From the NCBI RefSeq assembly GCF_035594765.1, contig NW_026943818.1, positions 30,563,559 to 30,627,558 of the forward strand: DNA of 64,000 nt. The letters run 5' to 3'. Numbering within the stretch: position 1 is the first letter of the stretch; each line of letters opens with the position of its first letter. Below, one piece after another: positions 26,724-37,800 of the stretch. This DNA comes from Anolis carolinensis (taxonomy: Eukaryota). A program made the translations under genes and the position numbers. The notes under the pieces are model-generated. The model was not told the origin of the DNA. It ran no database searches and saw nothing but the letters and a program-made list of their open reading frames with translations.

Positions 26724-28758
26724 TACTATTATTATTAATACTCGGCTTTATCTCAAATCATAATAATAATGTATAAGTAAATAATATTTACTGTTGTCGT
26801 GGTTGTTCCATTATTATTACTATTATTATTAATACTGGGCTTTATCTCAAATCATAATAATAATGTATAAGTAAATAATATTTACTGTTGTCGTGGTTGT
26901 TCCATTATTATTACTATTATTATTAATACTGGGCTTTATCTCAAATCATAATAATAATGTATAAGTAAATAATATTTACTGTTGTCGTGGTTGTTCCATT
27001 ATTATTACTATTATTATTAATACTGGGCTTTATCTCAAATCATAATAATAATGTATAAGTGGATGATCATCTTAATTGTGCTGGTCGTGGTGGCAGGCGG
27101 AGTTTGCGATGTTCAGCGGGACGCGTGTGGAGCGTGACTTCGTGGAGGCTCCCTCGCAGATGCTGGAGAACTGGGTCTGGGAGGAGGAGCCCCTCGGCCG
27201 CCTGTCCCGGCACCACCGCTCCGGGGAAGCCCTGACCCACCCGCTCCTCACGCAGCTCGTCCGCTCGCGGCAGGCCAACGCCGGTCAGGAAACACCCCCC
27301 TCTCTTGGGGGCGGGGCCTCTTTTGGGGGCGGGGTCTCCCCTTGGAGGTGGGGCCTGTTTGTGAAGATGAGGCCTCCTCTTGAGGCGGGGTTTCCTCTTG
27401 GGGGCGTGGCCTCCTCTTGGGGGCGGGGTCTCCTCTTGGGGGCAGAGCCTGTTGTGAAGATGAGGCCTCTTCTTAGGGGCGGGGCCTTGTCCTGGGGCGG
27501 GGCCTCATTTTGAGGGTGTGGCCTTGTGTGGGCGGAGCCTCCCATGGGGTGCTTGGCCTCGTCTTGTGGGCGGGGCCTCCTCTTCTGAGTGAGGTCTAGT
27601 GGGCGTGGCCTGGTCCCAGCCCCTCCCCTCCTCCCCCCAGGCCTGTTCAACCTGCGCCAGGTCGTGCTGGCCAAAGTGGACCAGGCCCTGCACATGCGCC
27701 CGGGCGCCGACCCTGCGGAGGAGTACGCGCGGCTGTGCGACGAGGTCCTGGGGGTCCCGGCCACTCCCGGTGAGGCCTTTGCATGAAAGGGGGCGGGGTG
27801 GGCGGGGCTGACTCCCGGGGCCTCTGCCGGGAGGGATCGAGCAGGGCCATTCTCCCTTGTGGGCCCCTGCAGGGACGAACCTGCCGGCGTGCTTCGGGCA
27901 CGTGTGCGGGGGGTACGACGCGCAGTACTACGGCTACCTGTGGAGCGAGGTCTTCTCCATGGACATGTTCTGCACACGCTTCAAGCGGGAGGGGCTCCTC
28001 AGCCCCCAGGTGAGCCCGGCCGGATTGGCATAGAAGGGGGCGGGGCCCTGGGGAGGGCAAGGGATGGGAGGAGCAGATCAAGAGGGATTTGCATGAAAGG
28101 GGGCGGGGCCCTGAGGAGTGTCAGGAGATTGGAGGATGGGATACACAGTGATTGGCATATAAAGGGGGCGTGCCCATGAAAAGTACTCTAAACAAAGGGA
28201 CAGAGAAGGATTTGCATAAAAGGGGGAGTGTCCTCGTGGGAGTGCCAGCAGATTGGGAAGAGGATGAAAGCCATTTGCATAAAAGGGGGTGTGTCCCTGG
28301 GAAGTATCAGGAGATTGGAGGACAGGGTGGAGGGGGATTTGCATAAAAGGGGGCGTGTCCCAGAGCAGTGTCAGTCTAACAAGCGCGGGATTGGAGAAGG
28401 AAATAGCGAAGGATTTGCATAAAAGGGGGAGTGCCCTTGCGGGAGTGCCAGGGGATGGGAAGGGGGACAGAGGGCAATTTGCATAAAAAGGAAGGGGATA
28501 GGAGGGGATGGAGAGGGATTTGCCTAAAAGGGGGCGTGTCCAGCGGGGGCTTCTGCCCCTCCTCACTGAGGCCCGGTGCCTTGTCCCCGTCCTGCGCAGG
28601 TGGGGCTGGACTACCGCCGGGAGATCCTGTCCCCGGGGGGCTCGGTGGACGCCTCGGAGATGCTGCGGCGCTTCCTGGGGAGAGACCCCCGCCCAGACGC
28701 CTTCCTGGCCAGCAAGGGCCTCCCCGCCCCACAACAAGCACCCCGAGCCCACCGCTAA
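17192..28758 (+). CDS. THOP1: Thimet oligopeptidase (peptidase M3), 13 exons, 709 aa
   Basis: Exons 17192-17207, 18326-18550, 19894-20042, 20124-20243, 21936-22038, 22859-23040, 23124-23259, 25350-25734, 26377-26578, 27097-27283, 27641-27769, 27873-28009, 28600-28758. Zinc motif [30 protein letters not shown]. Head-to-head with SGTA. Confidence 0.95.
18210..18250 (-). ncRNA. Diverged Penelope hammerhead motif
   Basis: Reverse strand reads cctCTGAGGAtgccagccacagaagcaggcGAAATGTCagg; one mismatch in helix II. Confidence 0.5.
21016..21756 (+). mobile_element. Two head-to-tail non-autonomous Helitrons
   Basis: TC...hairpin-CTAG (21514), immediately followed by TC...hairpin-CTAG (21756). Confidence 0.7.
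22145..22825 (+). repeat. Octamer (ATTTGCAT) plus GGGCGTGTC minisatellite, THOP1 intron 5
   Basis: Units of ~45-48 bp 'gatgtatttgcataaaagtgggcgtgtctctgactagtgtcag'. Related arrays at 25760-26345 (reverse) and 28080-28545. Confidence 0.85.
23400..24120. repeat. AT-rich ~120-bp tandem repeat
   Basis: Near-identical lines repeat with a 120-bp period. Confidence 0.85.
24148..24454. mobile_element. Tc1/mariner-pogo-type MITE
   Basis: Same TIRs and TA flanks as the element at 5089. Confidence 0.8.
24648..25151 (+). mobile_element. Non-autonomous Helitron
   Basis: A|TC start, 3' hairpin and CTAG|T end. Confidence 0.75.
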
Positions 28759-29063
28759 TCCATCCATTACTCATTATTGATTTAAGGAAATGGATGAATT
28801 AAAGGGGATATACGTCCTGGAACGGGAAATATCACAGTCTCCGGTCATGATTCCAATGCTTTTCGGTGGGAATGGTTTACAATCAATCAGGGCCAGCTCA
28901 CACCTCCCAACCAAGGATTCCACCCCCAGGCAGGAAACTGCAAGGCCATTCTATGCTAATCAAGCTGGCCAAGGGCAACATTCGCACTTGCTTCCAACAG
29001 ACAAGAGCTCAGCCCAAAGATATATATATATATATAATATATATATATATATTATATATATTA

Positions 29064-29473
29064 TCTATATATATAAAAGAGTGATGGCATCACGGCGACC
29101 CACAAAACAACAAAACTACAGGCCCCCCAACCTCGAAATTTGACAACACAACCCATCATCCACGCCTCTAGGTTGATACAACAAAAAGAAAAGAAAAATA
29201 AAGTCCTAATTAGAGAGAGAGGAATAATTGCTTTTATCCTATTGCTGCCAGTTAGAAGGCTAAGCTCCTCCAACTTGGTCTCCTAGCAACCCAATAAAAA
29301 ATAATAAAAAACACTAAAAAAATTAATACAATAAAATACTATAATAAAAATAACTAAAAATAATACAAGAAAATAATAAAAAGATAACTTAGAATAAAAT
29401 AAAAATTACACAACAATTTTTAACCAATACCACCACCACTTTGCCACAACAACGCGTGGCCGGGCACAGCTAG
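29064..29473 (+). mobile_element. Non-autonomous Helitron
   Basis: A|TC start, 3' hairpin and CTAG|T end. Confidence 0.75.
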
Positions 29474-29494
29474 TATATATATATATAATATATA

Positions 29495-29660
29495 AGCCCC
29501 ACTTGCCTCGTTTCCAGCAGACCTCACAATCTCTGAATGTGCCTGCCGTAGATGTGGGCGAAATGTCAGGAGAGAGTGCTGCTTCTGGATCATGGCCACA
29601 CAGCCCGAAAGACATACAACAACCCTGTGATCCCGGCCATGAAAGCCTTCGACAACACAC
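29495..29660 (+). mobile_element. Penelope pLTR fragment with mutated hammerhead core
   Basis: Core reads CTGAATG instead of CTGAGGA. Confidence 0.7.
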
Positions 29661-29890
29661 AATTTATTGCCATAATAATAGTGCTAGGTATAATAGTAAA
29701 TATAATAATAATAATAATATATTAATATAAGTATACAAGAATAACTACAATAATAAATATAACAATACCATAATAATAGTACTAGCTATAATAGTAAATA
29801 TAGTATTAATGATTAATATTACAATATACTATAGTAATGTAGATATATGATAAGAATCACTCTAATAATAAATAATAATAATAATAATAA

Positions 29891-30100
29891 TGGCACACTG
29901 GGTGCCGTGCCAAAAGATCTCAGCCGGCATTTGGAAACATAGACATTGACAAAATCACCATCTGCCAACTGCAAAAGGCCACCCAACTGGGATCTGAGCA
30001 CATCATCCGAAAATATATCTCACAGTCCTAGACGCTTGGGAAGTGTTTACTTGTGATTTTGTGATACGAAATCCAGCATATCTATCTTGTTTACTGTGAC

Positions 30101-30133
<33 letters not shown>

Positions 30134-30295
30134 ATCACACAGTCCTAGACACTTGGGAAGTGTTCGACTTGTGATTTTGTGATACGAAATCCAGCATGTC
30201 TATCTTGTTTGCTGTGTCATACAATAAAATAATAATAATAATAATAATAAGAATAAATCCAGCATGTCTATCTTGTTTGCTGTGTCATAAAGTAA

Positions 30296-30332
<37 letters not shown>

Positions 30333-30370
30333 TCCAGCATGTCTATCTTGTTTGCTGTGTCATACAATAA

Positions 30371-30432
<62 letters not shown>

Positions 30433-30603
30433 ATCACACAGTCCTAGACACTTGGGAAGTGTTTGACTTGTGATTTTGTGATATGAAATCCAGCATGTCT
30501 ATCTTGTTTGCTGTGTCATACAATAAAATAATAATAATAAGAATAAGAATAAGAATAAGAATAAATCCAGCATGTCTATCTTGTTTGCTGTGTCATAAAG
30601 TAA

Positions 30604-30637
<34 letters not shown>

Positions 30638-30669
30638 TCCAGCATGTCTATCTTGTTTGCTGTGTCATA

Positions 30670-30708
<39 letters not shown>

Positions 30709-30802
30709 ATCACACAGTCCTAAATGCTTGGGAAGTGTTTGACTTGTGATTTTGTGATACAAAATCCAGCATGTCTATCTTGTTTGCTGTGTCATACAAT
30801 AA

Positions 30803-30833
<31 letters not shown>

Positions 30834-30865
30834 TCCAGCATGTCTATCTTGTTTGCTGTGTCATA

Positions 30866-30922
<57 letters not shown>

Positions 30923-31016
30923 ATCACACAGTCCTAAATGCTTGGGAAGTGTTTGACTTGTGATTTTGTGATACAAAATCCAGCATGTCTATCTTGTTTG
31001 CTGTGTCATACAATAA

Positions 31017-31047
<31 letters not shown>

Positions 31048-31079
31048 TCCAGCATGTCTATCTTGTTTGCTGTGTCATA

Positions 31080-31133
<54 letters not shown>

Positions 31134-31369
31134 ATCACACAGTCCTAAATGCTTGGGAAGTGTTTGACTTGTGATTTTGTGATACAAAATCCAGCATGTC
31201 TATCTTGNNNNNNNNNNNNNNNNNNNNNNNNNNNNNNNNNNNNNNNNNNNNNNNNNNNNNNNNNNNNNNNNNNNNNNNNNNNNNNNNNNNNNNNNNNNNN
31301 NNNNNNNNNNNNNNNNNNNNNNNNNNNNNNNNNNNNNNNNNNNNNNNNNNNNNNNNTTGCTGTGTCATA

Positions 31370-31405
<36 letters not shown>

Positions 31406-31497
31406 ATCACACAGTCCTAGACACTTGGGAAGTGTCCGACTTGTGATTTTGTGATATGAAATCCAGCATGTCTATCTTGTTTGCTGTGTCATACAAT
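29891..31497 (+). mobile_element. Array of R4/Dong 3' ends interleaved with (TAA)n
   Basis: More than 10 copies of 'ccagcatgtctatcttgtttgctgtgtcata', each followed by a TAA tract; includes an N-gap. Confidence 0.8.
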
Positions 31498-31837
31498 AAA
31501 ATAATAATGGATGTAATGTGTTGTTGACGTGGAAGAGTTAACTGGGCTGTGTCTCCGGCTGGAAGTGAATGATGACACCAGTTGCTGCGGGGCAAGGGGA
31601 GGGGAGGGGAGGGAGGGAGGGAGGGAGGGAGCTGGGGAAGGGAGGAAGGAGAGAAAGAACGGAAGGAGAAGGAGGGAAGGAGGGAAGGCCTGTCCCGGGA
31701 CGCCTTCCCAGGGGATGGGGCGCAGGAGCATGGAGCAAAAGCAGGAGCAGCAGCAACAACAACACCGGAGCAGCTGAGTCCCGGGAGCAGCGGGGCAGCC
31801 CTTGACCGCTTGACCGCTTGACCGCCCCCTTGACCCC

Positions 31838-34800
31838 ATGGCCTCCCACAACCAGCCCCACACGCAGGGGCCTCCCACGTGAGTAGCGTTATTATACTAC
31901 TTCTATTATTATTATTATTGTATTATTATTATTAATATCTTTGTATATTAAAAAAGTGAGTGTTTGTATGTATGTTTGGATGTATGTATGTGGCAGCCGC
32001 CACTTCCACAGTCCACTGCAACCGCCACGAGTGACAGACCTGGCCCAAACTCGACACACTTCACCCCCATGACGCACTTTACACCCTGGTGATGTTTGAG
32101 GGAGGATGGGCCACGGATGATGGGATTTGCAGTACCTTCACTCATTTCCTGAGACCGCTACGACTGCCGCCAATGACAGAACTGAACCAAACTTAGCACA
32201 CATATCCCAAATGACACACTTTACACACTGTAGCCGTTTGGGGGAGGATGGGCCACGGATGATGGGATTTGCAGTCCTTTCCATCGCCTCGCCTTCCACA
32301 GGCCACTGCGACACCCACCAGTGACGGAACTGGACCAAACTTGACAGACAGAACCCCTATGACCCACATTACACCCTGGTGATGTTTGAGGGAGGATGGG
32401 CCACGGATGATGGGATTTGCAGTACCTTCACTCATTTCCCGAGACCGCTACGACTGCCGCCAATGACAGAACTGAACCAAACTTAGCACACACATCCCAA
32501 ATGACACCCTTTACACACTGTAGCCGTTTGAGGGAGGAGGGACCAAGGATTATGGGATTTGCAGTCCTTTCAAACACAGACCACGGTTACTCTAATTAAT
32601 GACAGATCATGACCAAACTCGGTCTTTCTCAAATGACCCAGATGAGGGTATTAATATAGTCAAATATAATCATATATTATTTGACCCCAGGTGCCCCTTG
32701 ACCGGCTGGCGGCTCCTGACCTGCCTGGCTCTCCCATTGGCTGCTGCGGCTGCTCAGGTGAGCCTGGGATCAAGTGGATCTCTTTTGGGGAGGGAGGGGA
32801 GGAGGAGGGGGCCTTGCACATGCATGCGCCACATACACGTCATTGTTCCAGGGCTCGCAAGAGGGAGATACGCAGCCCAGATGGAAAATGTGAGGCCCGC
32901 GCAAGGGGCCGCCCAGGGCTGCCTCTCCCGGGATTAATGTTGTTGATGGGAGACGCAAATAGGCCTTGCTCGCTCCCGCCTTGGCTGCGAAAGGACGTTC
33001 TTGTTGTTGTGTTATTGTGGTCGTTACGTGCCCTTGCCGGCTCAGGGCAGCTCAAGTCAAAGGCACGGCAAGCGCATCCTTGCAACGCTTGTTGTTTCTG
33101 GCGCAGGGCGGCCCAAAGGCATCCTTGCCACCGAAAGTGTGTGTGTTGCGGGAGGGTAAAAAAACATCATGAATATGTTGGGGAATAAACATCATCATCA
33201 TCATCATAACAATAAATGGTACATCCCCAAGTGCAACTGCAGCTGCTGCATTATTGGCAAGGATTTCAGGGCAATTTGTGGAAGGCGAAGGACGCAGCTG
33301 TCCGTCCCTTTGGATGCGGATGGAGCCCGGCCAGAAAGACCCCCGGCCTTTGACCTTGGCCGCCTTCAGTCCCAAAGCACATTCTCACGTAGTTGCCCTA
33401 GCCATGTAGGCATGCATGTAGGGTGTATATTATGTGTTGTCGAAGGCTTTCATGGCCGGGATCACAGGGTTGTTGTATGTCTTTCGGGCTGTGTGGCCAT
33501 GTTCCAGAAGCATTCTCTCCTGACGTTTCGCCCACATCTAGGGCAGGCATCCTCAGAGGTGGTGAGGTACCTCACAACCTCTGAGGATGCCTGCCATAGA
33601 TGTGGGCGAAACGTCAGGAGAGAATGCTTCTGGAACATGGCCACACAGCCCGAAAGACATACAACAACCCGGTGTATATTATTATTGTTATTATTATTAT
33701 TATTATTATAGTATACACTGTCATTATTTATTGTTATTGCCATTATACTACTTTGTTATCTATTATTCTCATTATTTATTGTTATTACCATTATACTACT
33801 TTGTTATCTATTATTCTCATTATTTATTGTTATTACCATTATACTACTTTGTTATCTATTATTCTCATTATTTATTGTTATTACCATTATACTACTTTGT
33901 TATCTATTATTCTCATTATTTATTGCTATTACCATTATACTACTTTGTTATCTATTATCATTACAGCAGAGTCTCACTTATCCAACATAAACGGGCCGAC
34001 AGAACGTTGGATAAGCGAATATGTTGGATAATAAGGAGAGATTAAGAAAAGCCTATTAAACATCAAAATAGGTTATGATTTTACAAATTAAGCACCAAAA
34101 CATCATGTTTCACAACAAATTTGACAGAAAAAGTAGTTCATTATAGATTAATGCAATGTAGTAATTAATGCATTTACGAATTTAACACCAAAATATCACA
34201 ATATATTGAAAATATTGACTACAAAAATGCGTTGGATAATCCAGAACGTTGGATAAGTGAGACTCTACTGTATTTATTTTTATTGCCATTATACTACTTT
34301 GTTATCTATTATTATCATTATTTATTGTTATTGTCATTATACTTTGTTATCTATTATTCTCATTATTTATTGTTATTGCCATTATATTAGTTTATCTATT
34401 ATTATCACTATTTATAGTTATTGCCATCATACTACTTTGTTATCTATTATTATTATTTATTGTTATTGTCATTATATTACTTTGTTATCTATTATTATCA
34501 TTATTTATTGTTATTGCCATTATACTAGTTTGTTATCTATTATTCTCATTATTGTCTTGTCGAAGGCTTTCATGGCCGGGATCACAGGGTTGTTGTACGT
34601 ATTCTGGGCTGTATGGCCATGTTCCAGAAGCATTCTCTCCTGACATTTCGCCCACATCGATGGCAGGCATCCTCAGAGGCTGTGAGGCAAGGGAAGGAAT
34701 ATATATATATATCTGTGGAAAGTCCAGGGTGAGAGAAGACTCTTGTCAGTTGGAAGCCAGCATGAATGTTGCAGTTAATCACCTTAATTAGCATTGGAAA

Positions 34801-37800
34801 GTTTCTGTCTCTTGCCTGGGAGGGAACCTTTGTTCAGAGTCATTAGTCATCCCTGGAGCTCCTCTGCCCTCAGAGTGTTGCTTCCCATCTACTGTTCTGA
34901 TTTTTGAGTTTTGTAATACTGTGAGCCAGATATTTACATTCATGCTGGCTTCCAACTGACAAAGAATTCTTCTCTCACCCTGGACTCTCCACAGATATAG
35001 ATCTATAAACCTTCCTTGCCGAGTTTCTCCATGCCTCACAACCTCTGAGGATGCCTGCCATAGATGTGGGCGAAACGTCAGGAGAGAATGCTTCTGGAAC
35101 GTGGCCACACAGCCCGAAAGACATACAACAACCCTATTATCATTATTATTTGTGGATGATGATGACGACGACGATGGTCACTCATGTTGCCTTCTTTCCT
35201 TCCCGCAAGTAGGGTCCGGACCCCAGGCGGACGGGGGGCGGCGGAGGCGGAGGGGGTTCGTGGGGTCCGTGGGGGCCCTGGAGCCCCTGTTCCGGCACCT
35301 GCGGAGGGGGGGCCTCCTTCCGCACCCGGCCCTGCCTACGGTGAGTCTGCCTGGGCACTCCTACCCCTCCTCCCCCAGGCCCAATGGGGAGTTCCTGTTC
35401 CTTCCAAGAGCCTGAGACAGGGCTGAGCCTCTACATTTCTCCTGAGAGGCCTTTTAGGACTTGGGGGCGGAGCTAGGGGCGGGGCCTCCTTCCAAGAGCC
35501 TGAGACAGGGCTGAGCCTCTACATTTCTCCTGAGAGGCCTTTTAGGACTTGGGGGCGGAGCTAGGGGCGGGGCCTCCTTCCAAGAGCCTGAGACAGGGCT
35601 GAGCCTCTACATTTCTCCTGAGAGGCCTTTTAGGACTTGGGGGCGGAGCTAGGGGCGGGGCCTCCTTCCAAGAGCCTGAGACAGGGCTGAGCCTCTACAT
35701 TTCTCCTGAGAGGCCTTTTAGGACTTGGGGGCGGAGCTAGGGGCGGGGCCTCCTTCCAAGAGCCTGAGACAGGGCTGAGCCTCTACATTTCTCCTGAGAG
35801 GCCTTTTAGGACTTGGGGGCGGAGCTAGGGGCGGGGCCTCCTTCCAAGAGCCTGAGACAGGGCTGAGCCTCTACATTTCTCCTGAGAGGCCTTTTAGGAC
35901 TTGGGGGCGGAGCTAGGGGCGGGGCCTCCTTCCAAGAGCCAGAGACAGGGCTGAGCCTCTACATTTCTCCTGAGAGGCCTTCTAGGCCTAGAGGGCGGGG
36001 CTAGGGAATGGGGCGGGGCCTCCTTCCAAGAGCCTGAGACAGGGCTGAGTCTCTACATTTCTCCTTTGAGGCCTTTTAGGACTAAAGGGCGGGGCTAGGG
36101 GCGGGGCCTCTTCCCAAGAGCCTCTGTATACCTCCCCTGAGGCACTTGTTAGAACCCGGGATCGGGGTATAGAGGTCCCGCCCCCTCCTCTAGCCCCTCC
36201 CCCTGTCTCCAGGACATAGAAGCTCAGCCCTATCTCAGAGCTCGTAACTCCATCCATCCCAGCCCTGCCTCTTGGACTAGCCCCGCCCTGTGGAGCAGAA
36301 GCCACGCCCACCTCTCTAAGCCACGCCTCCTTTCCAGTCATATTTTTTTTCTGGAAAGGGGGCGGCAGGCCAAATAAGTTTGGGAACCACTGGACGAGAC
36401 CATAAAGAACCGGGGGAATGACAATAATAATAATAATAATGTCATAGATAATAATAATTTTTTATAGATAATAATAAATTAAATAAAATCATAAAAGGCA
36501 TGACACTTTCTTTGATGTACTTGGGGGGCTTCACTGTCACCCTTTTAGGGTCCCCACAATTGTGGTTGTTGTTGTTGTTGTTGTGCTTGCTGACCCAGGT
36601 TCCCGGAGGAGCAGCCCTGCCCGGGGCCCCCCCGCCAGTACCGCGCCTGCAGCCTGGAGGTAGGGGAGACCCCCACCATAATAAGGGGCAGGGTCCCCGG
36701 GGGCCACGCCGCGTCCTGCACCCCATTCCTCCCTTCTGTCTCCGCCAGGACTGCCCGCCGGGCTCGGTGCCCTTCCGCGACCTCCAGTGCAGCCTCTACG
36801 ACGGGAAGCCCCTCCCGGGGGGCCGGGACCCCTACCAGTGGGTCCCCTTCCACGGAGGTGAGGGAGGGGCCCCCAAAGGCCATCTAGACAGGGATTCCGG
36901 CCACGAAAGCCTTCGCTGTAATCATTGTGATCTATCTATATATATAAATGACTGATGGCATCACGGCGACCCAGAAAACAACAAAACGACAGGCCCCCCA
37001 AACTCGAAATTTGACAACACAACCCATCATCCACGCCTCTAGGTTGATACAACGAAAAGAAAAGAAAAATAAAGTCCTACTTAGAGGGAGAGCAATAATT
37101 GTTTTTATCCAATGGCTGCCACTTAGAAGGCTAAGCTCCGCCCACTTGGTCTCCTAGCAACCCACTCAGCCCAGTGTTAATAAAAGAATAAAATAAATAC
37201 AAATAATACAATAAAAATAATTTAAAACACTAAAAATTATTACAATAAAATACTATAACAAAATAACTAAAAATAATACAACAAAATAATAAAATATAAT
37301 AAATAAAAAAGATAAGTTACAATAAAATTAATTAAAAAAATACAAATAACGTCAAATAAAAATTCCACAACAACTTTTAATCAAAACCACCACCACTTTG
37401 CCACAGCAACGCGTGGCTGGGCACGGCTAGTATATATATAAAAGGATAGTGGCGTTTCGACCTAGGACAAAACAACAAAACTACACATCCCAGAAACACT
37501 AAACTTGGCAGCACAACCCCTCATCCATGCCTCTACGTTCATACATCAAAAAGCTCCAGAAAACAGACAGGCTTTGAGGCTGCAAGGCTATTCACTGCCA
37601 TTCCACCAGGCCAAGAAAGGATTCCCGTAAGCCACAGCAACACGTGGCCGGGCACAGCTAGTGTACTAATATAGTATAAGAATCCCACCACAATATATAT
37701 TACAATAACGCGATATAACGAGTGTGTAACCCTTGCAGCGCCCGACCCGTGCGACCTGGCCTGCCTGGCCCGCGGACACCACTTCTACTACAACTTCGGA

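Larger units (their letters stand above)
33432..33670. mobile_element. Inverted pair of Penelope pLTRs (palindrome)
   Basis: Arms 33467-33568 and 33569-33670 are reverse complements with 2 mismatches. Confidence 0.85.

Noticed and set aside
17192-28758. Calling the M3 peptidase neurolysin (NLN)
   Set aside because: The 16-nt first exon has no mitochondrial presequence, and the head-to-head position with SGTA fits THOP1.
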